A stretch of 64,000 nt of DNA from NCBI GenBank assembly GCA_951406725.2, contig OX597818.1, positions 73,532,001 to 73,596,000 of the forward strand, given 5' to 3'. Origin of the DNA: Octopus vulgaris. Lineage: Eukaryota. How positions within the stretch are numbered: position 1 is the first letter of the stretch; each line of letters begins with the position of its first letter. Position numbers and translations under genes: made by a program. The notes beneath the pieces were generated by a model that saw nothing but the letters and a program-made list of their open reading frames with translations, was not told where the DNA came from and did no database searches. Below are positions 40,193 through 53,898 of the stretch, one piece after another.

Positions 40193-40425
40193 AGTGTGTG
40201 TGTGTGTGTATGTGTGCGTGCGTGTTTGTCTCCTAGCCACCGGTGTCGTTGTCAAGTGATGCATTTACGACTCCTTAAACTAGCGATTCGTGAAATGAGA
40301 GCGATAGAATAAGTACCAGGCTTAAAAAAATATGTACTGGGGCCGATTCATTTGACTAAAATTGCAAGGCGGTGCCCCAGCATGGCCGTAGTCTAATGAC
40401 TGAGACAGGCAAGAGATAAAAGACA
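39982..40425 (+). mobile_element. tRNA-derived SINE with internal (TA)n/(TG)n
   Basis: Head gacgcaggtgtagccgtgtgctaagaagctt..agccttgtgagtgga; tail ggcggtgccccagcatggccgtagtctaatgactgaga. Confidence 0.8.
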
Positions 40426-41967
40426 TGTATGTGAACATAGATATGGGTGACCTGCGAGTGAATAAATGTATGCCTGCAACGTGTTTTGTATATGGACACA
40501 TTATTGACAGTTTATGCGTGAATTATTATGGTATTCTGCTTTCTGATTAGTCTTTATGTGAACTGAGAGATTTGTGAGTGTAATTCACGGTATGCTATAT
40601 GGATTTACCTTTGGGTCATTCCTTGTGACATCATTTCACCGAGGTCACAAACATAAGATAATAATGGATTTATTTAATCCGCTAAAAATCCATCACAAAA
40701 AAGTTTTCTTTGATCGTATGATAGGGACAATTAAGTGCGGTGGACTCTCCGAATTTGTTCTGAATTTTTGAGTTCAAATTTTATTCATGTTAACTTTGGT
40801 TTCCATCGAACCAAGATCGATAAATTTAAGTAGCAATCAGCAACTGGGTTAGATATAATCAATCCGGCCACTCAGAAGTTTTGTGTTTGTACGAACGTTA
40901 AGTGTTAATATGTTCTTTAAATGTAGGGCAGTAGATTAACATTCCTGGCAAAGTATCAGAAATAATGCCGTATGGCACTTAGTACCACCCTGGTACATAT
41001 AAACACTAAATCGACACAACTTTTCCCCCTTTACTGGTTCATTAACATATATAAGCGGATGTTACTGAATCATTGGTCCAAGTAATGTATACAGAATCTA
41101 CTTCAGTAGTGGATTCTGTGTGAATACTTACGGATAGGGATTTCCTTGTTGGTGGCTAAGATGACGACGACGAGAACGATGGAAATGTTGATGATGGTGA
41201 TGACGATGATGATGACAACGACGACGACGACGAGGTTGTTGATGAGAATTTCATTAAAGTCGTTAATATTTTATAGTCTGGGGATATCTACATTCGTAAT
41301 ATCAAAGGCAAAATTGATCTCTGCGTAATTTAAACTCAGAAGGCAGTTAATTGGAAGATCAGTTTAAAGTATCATGAGCAATGTTCTAGGCATGAATATA
41401 TGATTCAAATAAGTACTGAGACGGGTTGTTCTCTCCACAATCTCTTGCTTTTTCGGAAATGGTTTAGTGAACGTTTAGTGAGATAAGATAGCTTTTTCTT
41501 TGTTCTAACTTGAGTTCACTATTAATTTTCTTGCTGCTGTTGTTGTTATGTTGTGGTTGTTATTGCTGTTGTTGATGTTATAATTATTATTTACTGTACT
41601 TATGTCTTCGCAATTTATTCTCTTGCTTTGTCTTTACACTTATCACTTATTCTCAAATTCTGTTTCTCTCTTTTCCACTCTTTTTTGTTTCTCACTCTCA
41701 CCACCTTTGACTCTCTTCATCACATTCATCTACCTATCTGCCACCTCTCTCTTTTCTCTCTCTCTCTCTCTCACTCGCTCACTGACTCACTGACTCACTG
41801 ACTCACTCACTCTGTCTTTCTATCTTCCTAGACAGCAGCGCTCAGTAAAAAAAAACAACAATTATAATAGCATATATAAAATAGGTAAAATATCTATTTA
41901 GTATTTTGTTTCTAGGCCGGATATTAACTATTGATCTAGACGAAATACACACAAACACACACACACA

Positions 41968-42002
<35 letters not shown>

Positions 42003-42512
42003 TCATACATGCATACACACAATTAAATGGAAGAAAGTGAACAAAAACATTAGCAAAAATATATATATAATTAGAACTATAAAAGCAACAAAAGAAAACA
42101 TGCAAATAAATCTTTGCAATTCATTAAATTACAAATCTTCCCCCGCACACCTAGATTGTTCAATGGAATCTCTATCGCTTCTATTTTGTTTCCTTTTCTA
42201 ACCTATCAAATGCAATATACTCAGGTATGTATACTCACGTATTCACGCGTGCGTATGTGTGTATGTATCTGCCAGTGTTTCCGTGCATTTCACTATTTAT
42301 CTTACTACCTATCGCCCATTTAGCTGTCACAAGCATCCAACTTAGGTTACTAAGTTTTACTTCTATCTTCCGACCATTATTTAAATATTTCTTTATTCAC
42401 AAAGAAACTTCTAGACAATTTTTTTTTCTAACTCAACTATTTGTTCCGCATCTTCCCCACTCTCTATCAATTATTGGTACGATATCAACACCAAGAACAT
42501 CAAAAATATCAA

Positions 42513-42542
42513 CAACTACTTCTACTACTACTGCTGCTGCTG

Positions 42543-42588
<46 letters not shown>

Positions 42589-42613
42589 CGCCACCACCAC
42601 CACCACAACCACC

Positions 42614-42652
<39 letters not shown>
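42513..42652. repeat. (ACT)n/(GCT)n/(ACC)n compound microsatellite
   Basis: Visible trinucleotide arrays that generate the spurious poly-T, poly-V and poly-L ORFs. Confidence 0.95.
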
Positions 42653-43689
42653 GATGTGATACCATGCAGTAGCTCGCATGGCTTCTGTATGGAAGTATGA
42701 ACATGTGTAAGTTTTGTATTAATGTAAAAGATAGACTACAACATATATTCTTCTCAAATACCGCAGATTTGCCTGTCCCTTGTTTGACCTTAACTATTCA
42801 AGCATGTCACTTAGGGGCTGATGATATGAGCATGAATAATCACGAGCAAGTATAGTGTAGGGGTATCATAGCTATGTAGTGAGAGCGAGTATTTAATCTT
42901 TCAATACCCCTCATTAAGGGGACCATATGAGCGTTATGAGTTACTAGACCTGAATAAAACTCCACCCAACCTGCCAGCAAGTTATGCGCTGTTTATCTTG
43001 ATATGAGGCTACCATGTCGCACATATGTTAGTGAAGCATGGGCCTTAGAATCGTGATTTTAACTTCGTAATATGTGTAGAACAGAAAACATGTCTAATAT
43101 TTTCATCAATAATCATCCTAAAAGTCCTCAACACTATGTAAAACCATACATGAATAGCAGAAAACATGTTATATGGAGAATACAAAACGTTACTTATCCT
43201 AGGCCATGACTTGAGGTCCGATCGGACGCATAAGTAAACCCTACTACTACTAGTAGTTTTAGTAGTAAAACTTTTTAAGCCATAAAATCTGTGACTTTGA
43301 TGACCTCAACAAGGATGAAAATGACTTTATGAAGAAAATAATGGAATTAATCTGGACGAGTTCTCTTGTCATTCGGATTACGTCCTCTGATCCACTCTTC
43401 GTTATGTCCTCCTGGTCAATAAGATCTCTTGTCATTTCTACCTACGCAAACACTGAGAACTCTCCCATACAAAACTTTCAAAGCAGAATGTAACCATGTT
43501 TGAGAAAGCAAGAGACTGAGAAGAGATCAACCGGTCTCAGAATTTATTTGAATTCTGTATGCTTAGAGCATTGCACAAAATACTTTTAAATGATCTTCCT
43601 ATTAACTGCCTTCTGAGTTTAAATTTTGTCTTTCTCTTTTACGAATCAATAAATAAATTATTAGTAATGGAGGCGACTACAAGTATCAC

Positions 43690-43748
<59 letters not shown>

Positions 43749-46084
43749 CTCTCTTTCTTTCTCTCTCATTCTATCTCATTTTCTCTCGCTTGCTCGCTCT
43801 CGTCCTCTCTCCCTATCTTCCTTCCTTCCTTTCTTTTCCTCTTTTGTCTTTTTCTTTCTAAATCTCTCCTCTTTCTTTCTTTCTTTCTGTCTTTCCCTCT
43901 CATGCGCACTTTCCAATTTGCTACACTATATTCTTATAGGATTTAAATGAATAACTCATTGTAATTTTTGTTGTTGATGTGAACGTGTAATTATGACTAT
44001 AATGTCTATCCAACCGTGACCATTTGTCCTTTGTCTCTAACTTGTATAGATTGGGCAACATTATGATGTCTGTCAATTTTCAAGATGTTAGTATGTTCTT
44101 TAAACAGTTTTAACGGCTATTTCTAACTGCTTTGCCTAAAACTTAACGACTACACCTATGAGCTGATGAGTGAGTGCGTGATATGTATGCATGATAAGTT
44201 TTCGTTGTTGAACCAACTACTTTGGAAACATCTGCAAAGTGGTTTCTGCATCATACAATCAGCTAGTTTCACGAGATACATAACTAGCACTTACTTCTAA
44301 TTCAATTTTTCTTATGTAGAAACATGCAATATCTAAACTGGTTTTTGTTTTTTTGTTTTTTCTTTCTATTTACTGAGGTGATAGTTATTCTAAAACTAAA
44401 AGAAATGTAACTGGAGGTGTCTTTCTTCACTGGACTTTCGGTTGAAGATAGCAAGACATTAGAAATGGAAATATTAAGAAACAAATATATCTTACTTGTA
44501 AAGTTTCCGCCTTTCTATTTCAAATGTTACTTAACTTCCCTTCCTAAAAACATTGATTAATCACATCAGAAATACTATGGAGACAACAATAAGTTTTTCT
44601 ATAGTTTGCATGCAATAATCACAGTAATAATAGCTTACCAGCATGTGACATCATAGCTACACCGAAATTATATAAACGTATATCTACACAGACACAAACA
44701 TACACACACACAGACACACACACACACACACATGCGTGTGTGTATTCTGTGCGTCTGAGTGCCTGTGTGTATATGTATGTATGTATGTATGTATGTATGC
44801 ATGTATGTATGTATGTATGTATGTATGTATGTATGTATGTATGTATGTATGTATATCACTATGCAGTATAGCAAACATCTACTGATATCATCTACATCAC
44901 AACTCGAAGTAACACGAAATTTGTTTTGATGAGAATTTATACAAAATCTGAAAATTTCGTTAGCGGCAAAGATAATAACATCCCTTTACATGTACTAATT
45001 ATTTTCTGTACAACTCATTAATTTAGTTTTCTCTGCTTCATTTTAAGCAGTGGCAGGCAGTCTGGCAAAGCCGACCACCGGCAAACTTCAAAGTATCTCT
45101 CATCTTTATTCTAAAACATCATACTCCGCCTTTCTAAATTTAGTGGGTTTTATCTCCAGTTAATGACGTGAATATCCCGCGGCCAATTTACAACAATTAA
45201 TTTCAACTTAATCTCTTGAATTATTTTAATCCGCCTTAATGCTTTCATATTAGATATGAAAAAGAAAAGAAAAACAAAATATTACAATACTTCCCGATAT
45301 CGACGGAAATATGTTTCTCATGAAATTTGTTCTTTATACCTATATGCCCTCATCTGTAAAATAACAGCTTTTAAACAACTAATGTATTTGTATCACAACT
45401 TACGAATGCATGTCTTTCATCAAGTGAATATGCGGCAGGGATTCTTTCTCTGTCTGTGAAAAATGAACTGTTTATTAAAATACCCTGAAAATAGTAGTGC
45501 TCTTTAAATAAAGCGGGCAGTGAGAATTGTAATTTCTGCTTAATGAATGCAGCTGAATTACTCACGTGTAAAATCAACTTAATCAGCAAATATAACGAGT
45601 TATTCTCATTTATTTAACAAAATTTATGTGTACATCATTTTATAAGGGAATTTTTCTTTTGTTTCTCAATTTCTTTACTATGTAATATACGAATTATTGA
45701 TATCCTAACTAAGGTAAATTTTTTAATATAATCCTTGACTATTGCACCTAAATAATTCAAATATTCTTTTTATTTCACTGAATTCACTTTAAGAGCAGTG
45801 AACTAAATATTTCTCGAAAGAAATAGAGAAAGGGATTATTAAGTTATAAATTACACATACTTCCCCAATACACCTAGTTGACATTGTCAGGATCCGTCGT
45901 CTTTTAATTTATATTTCAGAGATCTATATCGCATACTGGCCAGCAAAATGATTTTCTCTAAGGTATGTTTTCATAGTCAAACATACGTCATAGAGTAACA
46001 TACGCTAACGCTTGATGGCAACATTTGTTAACTATATAATGAACCAAGGAAACGTAGCTTGCCTTGACTAATGTCTATGATACT

Positions 46085-46750
46085 ACTTTTTAGGCTCTTA
46101 ACAAGGGTCTTAGTCATCACATAATCGGAACACCTCGATGACCAATAGCCGAGAAAGCAAGCAGGTTTCTGTAAGTATTATAGTAAGAGAAATCACACAT
46201 CCACTCTAACACAGCTCATAGAATGAGCGAACAAATACAGTCTTCTTCTGGTTATACATTGTGTTGATTACGAAAAAGCCTTCGATAGCATCGAGGTGAA
46301 TGCAGAGTTGAAATTAAGAAAATGCAAATTGCATTACATCAAAATGCTCAGATATGCGAAGTCTGGATACGCACCAGATATAGTTCTGCTGCTACCACCA
46401 ATAAGGGTCCCGACTGACAATGACGTCAGACAAGTGGATGCCATCTCTCCAAAGACACTTTACCGCATGTCCAGAAAAGGCCATCAAGTGCATTGACAGG
46501 ATAGGTGGGATGAAAATCAACGTTGAACAAATAACAGCAGCAAATTGCGGATTACATTGTACACATCACTGAAAGCACAGATCAGCTGCAAAACATGCTG
46601 AAAGAGCTACATAATGAGATGGCGAGAGGTCTTAAAGTGAACCTCATAAAAAGAAAATGTATACGGTTGGAAGACGTAACACAAAGCTGAATAGAGGTGG
46701 GAAGAGATGAAAACGAGGTAGTAAATAAAAACGTTTACCTAGGGCACACT
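46085..46750 (+). pseudogene. RTE-clade LINE reverse-transcriptase remnant
   Basis: Remnants QAGF, TLTQLIE, VDYEKAFDSIE, VRQVDAISPK (RQGD motif), ADYIV and VYLGH, with many disablements. Confidence 0.8.
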
Positions 46751-46768
46751 AACACACACACACAGAGT

Positions 46769-47065
46769 GGAGGCACATGGCCTAGTGGTTAGAGCAGCGG
46801 ACTCGCAGTCAAGGGATCGTGGGTTCGAATCTCAGACCGGGTGATGTGTGTGTTTATGAGCGAAACACCTAAGCTCTACGCGGCTCCGGCAGAAGGTAAT
46901 GGCGAACTTCTGCTGACTCATTCGCCACAACTTGCTCTCGCTCTTTCTGCCTGCATCTTGCAGCTCACCTGCGACGGACCGGCGACCCGTTAAGGTGGGG
47001 GACCTACACGCCAAGGAAACCAGGAAACCGACCCTTGTGAGCCAGGCATGGCTCGAGAATGAACA
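46769..47065 (+). mobile_element. tRNA-derived SINE
   Basis: ggaggcacaTGGCCTAGTGGttagagcagcggactcgcagtcaagggatcgtgGGTTCGAATCtc shows clear Pol III A and B boxes followed by a ~230-bp body. Confidence 0.85.
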
Positions 47066-48316
47066 AACACGTACACAGACACACACATATATATATGATG
47101 GACTCTCCCGTAGGTTTCAATGTACGAGGATCTGAGAACCTACTCTTTCTTTGTCATTCATAATGATTGTGTCAAATGTGATATACAGGGCCCACCAACA
47201 GTTTGCAAAGAAACCCACAGATGCTGCAGATAGGAAGATTACAGGTCTGTGCAGGTGGTATATATGTAGGCGTCTTTCTCCTTTTACTTTCACCCCTAAG
47301 CCTGCTAATGCAGGTTACAACAAAGTTTTTGATACCATTTTGCAGCAACAGCCTTCATTTCGTTCGCTCTAAAGCTATTTGCTCAAAGGTGTTGTAAGCA
47401 ATCTTCACGACTAAGATATTGCTCTTCGGCTTGTCCTAATATCTAAGCGATGGTCAACCAACTTACTATATGAATTATATATATATATATATATATATAT
47501 ACTTCGTTTTTGTATCTGGTTTGCCATATACTTTCTGTGAATTAATTTCTTGAAGCAAATTTTGTTGTCGTTGTCTGGAAGGAGTCACACTGCCTTAATG
47601 CCTTAATATGTAACACATTCTCCGGTTCAGTTTCCAATCATTTTTTATTTTTATTTATTTCCTTCAAAACTTTCTCTGTTTGAGGGATTCTTGCAGCATA
47701 GAAAAAACATCTCTTCGAAATGTTCTTCGACAAAAATATAGCCCTGTTGCTAGGAAGAGTTTAAAAACAAATTTCTGTAATAAATCGAATGCAGGAATTA
47801 GAAAATCAGTCATATGAACTTATTTTTCGACGTAGTTAATGAACCGCTAGCACATACGAAATTTGAATACGCCTACTTCAAGAAATTCATCTTTAAAATG
47901 GCAATAAAAACGGGGCTACAGAAAGGAAAAAAAGAAAACACTATAGGTTTATACTGTGAAATCATTTAAAACCTGAAGAATATCGAGATATGGCATAAAA
48001 TGTGTGTGAATATCTATAAAACGGGGTAATACTTATCGTAAGGAGTGCAGCATTAATAAAGTGAAATACAGAAAAAATTGCATCAACAAGAAATATATGA
48101 AAGGCGCCTTCAAAACGTTAAATTCGATGAAAAGGAAGACCAATCTTATAGCTTATATTTACAAGTTAGATGATAGATACCTGATCTTACATTTCAAAGA
48201 CATTTTCTATTCATCAAAACAAGTTTTATGATTAATCCCACCACTAGAATTGTTTTAATGCTACACAAGTATGTGGAAGGTGGTTTAGTAAAATTATATT
48301 ACATATATTTTATAAT

Positions 48317-48512
48317 CTTGATTTCAAATTTTGGCACAAGAAAACAGGTTCGGATGAGGGAAACATCGACCCCTGTGCTCAGCTGGGACTTATTTTATCC
48401 ACCCCAAAAGGAATAATGGCAAAGTCGACCTCGGATTTTGAGCTCAGTACGTAAAGACGAGCAAAATGTCGCTAAGCATTTTTCCCGCTGTGACAACGAT
48501 TTTGTCAGCGTT
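48317..48512 (-). mobile_element. SINE copy of the 32097/49580 family
   Basis: tttcaaattttggcacaag..ggcaaagtcgacctcgg..gctaagcattt. Confidence 0.75.
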
Positions 48513-48707
48513 GAATATAATTAATAATATTGTAGTGAAGGCAGTAGGTTGGCTTTCTGGTTGGACGTTGTGAATGGTATACTTGTTATTGGTCAGTTTT
48601 CGCCAGTTGAAAATAAAATACAATGTATATTTACATAGTACAATAGAGTGAATTATTATTCGAATATTATGAAATAACTCCTATTCAAAGCCTTTCATTT
48701 TATAAAC

Positions 48708-49002
48708 TGGCATTCCATCGGTTACGACGTCTAGGATTCCAGTTGATCCGGTCAACGGAACAGCCTGCAGGTGAAATTAACGTGCAAGTAGTGGAGCACT
48801 CCACAGACAGACACCCTTAACGTAGTTCTCAGATTGATTCAGCGTGACAAATACCCGTACTAGTCATTTTCGCCAGCAGAGTCGACTGAAGCAACGGGAA
48901 ATAAAGTGTCTTGTTCAAAAAGACAATGCATCGCCGGGAATTGAACTAACAAACTTACGATCGTGAACCGTATATCGTCACCATTAAACCACGTGCCTTC
49001 AC
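48708..49002 (-). mobile_element. tRNA-derived SINE (further family)
   Basis: Minus-strand head gtgaaggcacgtggtttaatggt..agttcaattcccggcg with A and B boxes. Confidence 0.7.
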
Positions 49003-49276
49003 TCGGTTTTATAATGATCACCGAATATTAAGATGGAGAGTAATTTTGTTTTCAGATTTCTTTTCATTTTTTTTAATGTTATTTTGATTAAGCTTACATG
49101 AACGTAAAAATTAATTCTGTTTTGAAAATTAGTAATTATTTAGACATTATTCTGTAAAAAACAAGGAATTTTATAAAAGTAAAATTGTAATCATTGATAG
49201 TATATCATACTTCTTGATATTATCCGCGATGGTAAGATTATATATCCGAAATTACCTGAAGGTATATGACGAGTAA

Positions 49277-49950
49277 CGTCCTAACATACAAGTAATGATT
49301 TCAAATTTTGGCACAAGGCCACCAATTTCGGGGTAGGAGATAAGTCGATTATATCAATCCTATTACTCAACTGGTACTTATATTATTGACACCGAAAGGA
49401 TGAAATGTAAAGTCAACCTCGGCGGAATTTGAACTCAGAAACTAAACACGGACGAAATGCTGCTAAGCACTTCGCCTGGTGTGCCAACGTTTCTGCCAGT
49501 TCGCCACCTTTGTAGCATAGAAATAATAATGCATTGTAGGAAATCGAGGCTTTCGTATGATTATAACATTTAGATACCGAAGGCGGCGAGCTGGCAGAAC
49601 CGTTAGCACATCGGTCGAAATGCTTAACAGTATTACGTCTGCCACTACGTTCTGAGTTCAAATTCCCTCTTTCGGGGTCGATTAAATAAGTACCAGTTAC
49701 GCACTGGGGTCGATATAATCGACTTAATCCGTTTGTCTGTCCTTGTTTGTCCTCACTGTGTTTAGCCCCTTGTGGATAGTAAAGAAATAGGTATTTCGTC
49801 TGCCGAGTTCAAATTCCGCCGACTTTGACTTTGTCTTTCATCCTTTCGTTGTTTATTAAATAAGTGCCAGTTACGTACTGGAGTCGATGTAATCGACTTA
49901 ATCCGTTTGTCTGTCCTTGTTTATCCCCTCTATGGGCAATAAAGGCATAA
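49277..49950. mobile_element. Head-to-head inverted pair of SINEs (49277-49510 minus; 49580-49950 plus, with internal duplication)
   Basis: aacgtttctgccagttcgccacctt pairs with aaggcggcgagctggcagaaccgtt. taatcgacttaatccgtttgtctgtccttgttt occurs twice in the plus copy. Confidence 0.85.
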
Positions 49951-50534
49951 ATATTTACATAATGAATTATATCTTATAAAGTATTATATCTTAAACATTT
50001 CCACTGTGACAATGAATTCTAGAAATTCTGCAGATGTTTCAAATTTCGTTGGTATTGTTATATGAGAATAATTCTAAAATCATTTCATTTAACGGTTCAA
50101 TTTCCAAACATGACGATCTTTTCACATCGGAAAATGGAAACAGAATTCAGATAAACTCTTAAACGAACTTTATATTCAGCATGACAATAGAACAAATTAA
50201 AAACAGATAATTTACTGAACACGATTTTAAAACTAAATAATGAGATTTAATTAAACTTGAATCGAACTTACAATTCACAGATTAGTGACAATAACTTACG
50301 GCGTCTTTTACCTAGTTAGTCAATTGAGCAAATTTCTACTATTTTTCTACGTATGTATATGTATAGATATGTGTAAGGGAAATTTAAATTCTATTTTTTC
50401 GAAAGATAGGTGAATGAATACTACACAGCACACAAACTAAGTAGTATCAAGGAGACGTATATAAAGGAAATAAAATTTAACAAGAAAATTCGATAATATA
50501 ATGTTCCATTTTCTGGATATGTTAGAACATGTTT

Positions 50535-51120
50535 AAGGCAAGCACTTTATTCGTCTCTTATCATATTTTCCCCGCGGATCATAAGGCGACAAGAAACGTT
50601 TGCTATCAATTTCAAACAGTAAGTTATTCTAAAAATACGAATGCGTTAAGTTTCGATGAACAATAGCATGATTGTAAAAATTGTCAATAAAGAGATTAAA
50701 CTAAATCTAATAATATGGCATTAGGATTCCAAAACGGTATCTCCAATAAATGGAAGATGTATCTATGAATCTATGATATATGCAAATAATGATACATCAA
50801 AAATCAATCACAATGAAATACATACCATAAGAAAGACTACGAACAAATTTAAAGGCCGGTTTACCGACACACATTTACATTTGGAACTGTGCAAAATTTT
50901 ACATTAGATTAGCAATGCAAATTTGTCACTTCAAGCTTTACATTAAATGGCAAATTTAGAATAAATGCACCAATATTCGCCCAACCAAATATACGCTGTA
51001 TTTAATGGATGGTAGAAATATTACTAAGGCTTATTAAAAAAGATAAAACTTGTAATTTATACAAGGATTCAGACAGAATTTCATGACAAAGTATAAGCAC
51101 AGATATTTATGCTAAAATTT
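50535..51120 (+). pseudogene. Highly degenerate PLE linker/GIY-YIG fragment
   Basis: Remnants KHFIRLLS, FPADHK, VSYS, GRCIYESMIY, TTNKFKGRF and YIKWQI are collinear with the PLE proteins at 9662 and 996. Confidence 0.55.
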
Positions 51121-52075
51121 CGATTTTGCAGACATCAAGCATGAGGCCAGATAAATGCCTAAAGATATTTGCTTAGCGATCTAAACGTTCAGTCTCTAAC
51201 TCTTTCTCTCTACTTCTATCTTTATTTATATATATATGTGTGTGTGTGTGTGTCTGTTTCTGTGTGTTTAGACAGTTGAAAAGTAAGACACGGCTTGATA
51301 TGTATAAAGAAAATAAGACAAGGTAGAAAATGCTAAAATAATTTTATCATGAAGAACATTCTAATACTGGTTTCTGTCTTTTCGAATTTTTCAACTTAGT
51401 GTAAAGCAAGAAAAACAATTACATAGTGGAAAAATTAAATGAAATGTTTTTCAAAAACATTTCCATAGTCTTCAAATAGGTCGGACATTTTCCTTTTTTC
51501 TGTCTCTATCTCTCTTTTACTTTTGTGACGGCTCTGTAGTTAGCAGCAGATCTGAAGAAATAGTTAATATGAGGGACGCTAGTTGTGGATGATTTTGATT
51601 GTTTAAACAGCAACCGAGGACGGAGGCACCGAGAATAAAAAGAAGAAGAAGAAGAAGAAGAAGAAGAAGAAGAAGAAGAAGAAGAAGAAGGAATAGAAGA
51701 GTAGGAAGAAGGAATAGAAGAGTAAGAAGAAGGAATAGAAGAGTAAGAAGAATAAAAATACGGGAGTAGCATGTCAGTAGTATACTTCGTGTAATCTTCT
51801 TTAATGGTGAAGTGACCTAAAATTAACCTGTTGTAGTTGTAGCAGTAGTGATTGGAATTCTTCTGAATAAATTCATGGATAGTGACTATTCTGAATACAT
51901 CATTTTAAATAGAGTGGTTACATACTGTCAACTTAACGTGACAGTCCCGTAAGGGAATTATACCACCGCTATTTAGCCCTAGGAAGCATCGACGCTTCCT
52001 GTCGGCCTTGACACATTTCCTGTGTCCTTATATATTTACGAAGAGGAGACAAACACCCCCAACAGCTAGGCCTGC

Positions 52076-52123
52076 CTCTAGAGACATGCATGTTTCAGGG
52101 TCTTGCCCATCATCAGTCTAGAG
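52076..52123 (-). ncRNA. Type-I hammerhead ribozyme in a PLE 3' end, intact
   Basis: Minus strand ctctaga-CTGATGA-tggg-caaga-ccct-GAAA-catgcatg-TC-tctagag: 7-bp stem I, extended by cagctag/ctagctg (52063-52142). Confidence 0.88.
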
Positions 52124-52249
52124 TAGCAAGGCCTGCTAGCTGAAGATATTTGTCTAGACTTCGTAAATATATATATATATTTTCAGTGAAGTTTTTTCAC
52201 CGATCACCGAAATCAGAAATATTAAATTTCTAAATATCTCATAGAGATA

Positions 52250-53345
52250 TGTGGTTATCAGTGAATAAACTTCACTGAAAATATAATTTTGAATAATTGC
52301 GTGGGTATTATTCTAACATTGTTTTGGTAGCGTCATCTGTGGTGAAAGCAATAAAATATGATTATTTGCCAATGCGCTGATTATTGGTTGCATTGCCTCT
52401 GAATTTAGAGGGGAGAATTCTGAAGTTGGGTTCTTCGTTAGCGGCGCAAATTTTGATGTGTTCGCTTAAAGCTATTATTCTGTATTCCCGAATTTTAATC
52501 TGGGATCTATGTAGGGCCATTTTCTGGTGTAGACTGTTTTTAATTTGGCCTATGCATTTCTCTCGACACCACGAGCAAGTTAACACATATATTAGATTTT
52601 CTGAAGCACATATGAAGTTGTTTTGCAATGTAAAACTTTGACCTTGTTTGAAGGAGAACTCGAATCCCTCAAATAGTTTTACGCATATACTACAATAGGT
52701 CTCCCGCATTTTTACTGACTGTTTGAATGTTGTTGACGAGTGTACTTAGGCTAGAGTTAGAATACTTTTCATTGACTTGGGTTATCTTTTGCTCTTTATG
52801 ATGTGTGCGTTTGGAGGAATTGGTTCATTCTGTGGTCCCTTTTTAGTAGATGAATGTTATGGAGTATGGTGTCGAAAGTTTCATTGTTAAGTGGTTTGTG
52901 TGTGGATATGTACGGTAAGGCTTTTGGTTGTAAATCCTTATTTAGTTTGGGATGTCTGAGTTCGTGGATGTTAAGTTGTTGGGCACGTTGAAAAATTGTA
53001 TCTATTAATGATAGCTGGTAATTCCTGCTGATGAGTGTAACATTTACCTTATGCAGTCGTGTATCCCTGGTGCTTGTATCATATAATGTAGTACAAATCA
53101 TTTTTGCCAGATTGAAGGGGATATTCATTTAGTGTGTCTGCTGTATCATGAGTTGAGCGGTAGATAATGCTTGGAGTCCGTGGGCTTATAGTATATGTAT
53201 GTTTCTATTTTGTTGTTGGATTTCTTAATGAGGATGTCGAAGAATGGAAGTTGTTGATGGGTATATTCCATCGTAAATTGAATGTTCATGTCAAGTCCAT
53301 TTAGAAGTGCTTAAAATTCTTTAAGTCTGTCTATACTACTGTCAC
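52250..53345 (-). pseudogene. PLE (Neptune-like) RT thumb plus GIY-YIG endonuclease, degenerate
   Basis: IQFTME..LPFFDILI..YYKPTDSKHYL, NIPFNLAKMICT, PYISTH, CASENLIYVLTCSWCREKCIGQ..LHRSQI..LSEHIKIC. Confidence 0.85.
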
Positions 53346-53728
53346 ACCAATCCCGTCCTTTTCTTCTTATTTCTCTTCTTTCTCTTCTTCTCCTTTTGGA
53401 AGACACAAACAAAAAGATCAGTGGAAATTGAACCGGTGTGTTAGTATGACTGTCTCCAGTCACAACAAAATGTGTTTCAGCACGCGAATTCACGTTAAGA
53501 GTCTTGCATACCACATACAAAATCGATGTACACACACTCACACACATACACAGACACACAGACACACACACGTACACACACACACACACACACATACAAA
53601 CACACACACACACACGCGCACACACACACACACACACATATATATATACATTCAAAATGTGACCGCGTGTGTACCGTTGACGATTTTCTCCTCCATCTTC
53701 CCTTCTCTGGATCTTTCCTTTTCCTATG

Positions 53729-53761
53729 TTTCTGACGAAGAGCTCCGTTCGAAATGTAAAA
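53729..53761 (+). ncRNA. Minimal hammerhead ribozyme
   Basis: ttt-CTGACGA-a-gagc-tcc-gttc-GAAA-tg-TA-aaa, in a ~200-bp unit between (CA)n/(TA)n tracts. Same architecture as 9539. Confidence 0.65.
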
Positions 53762-53898
53762 TTCTCCTCCTTCCCTTCCTTCCTGAGCGTCCAATAATAC
53801 TATATTTGTTCCACGTCCTCGCGTTGTTGTGTTTTCTCTTTGAGTTTTCATGTTTGGATTAACTTTATATATATATATATAAAATATAATTTACATTA

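Noticed and set aside
42227-42700. Mucin-like poly-Thr ORF
   Set aside because: It is produced by (ACT)n/(ACC)n repeats, with no signal peptide or exon context.
46769-46842. Functional tRNA gene
   Set aside because: It continues into a SINE body that is also present at 26670-26979, and lacks a proper acceptor stem and terminator.
51690-51752. 21-bp repeats ggaatagaagagtaagaagaa as a CRISPR-like array
   Set aside because: They are tandem without spacers, derived from (GAA)n, in a eukaryotic context with no cas genes.
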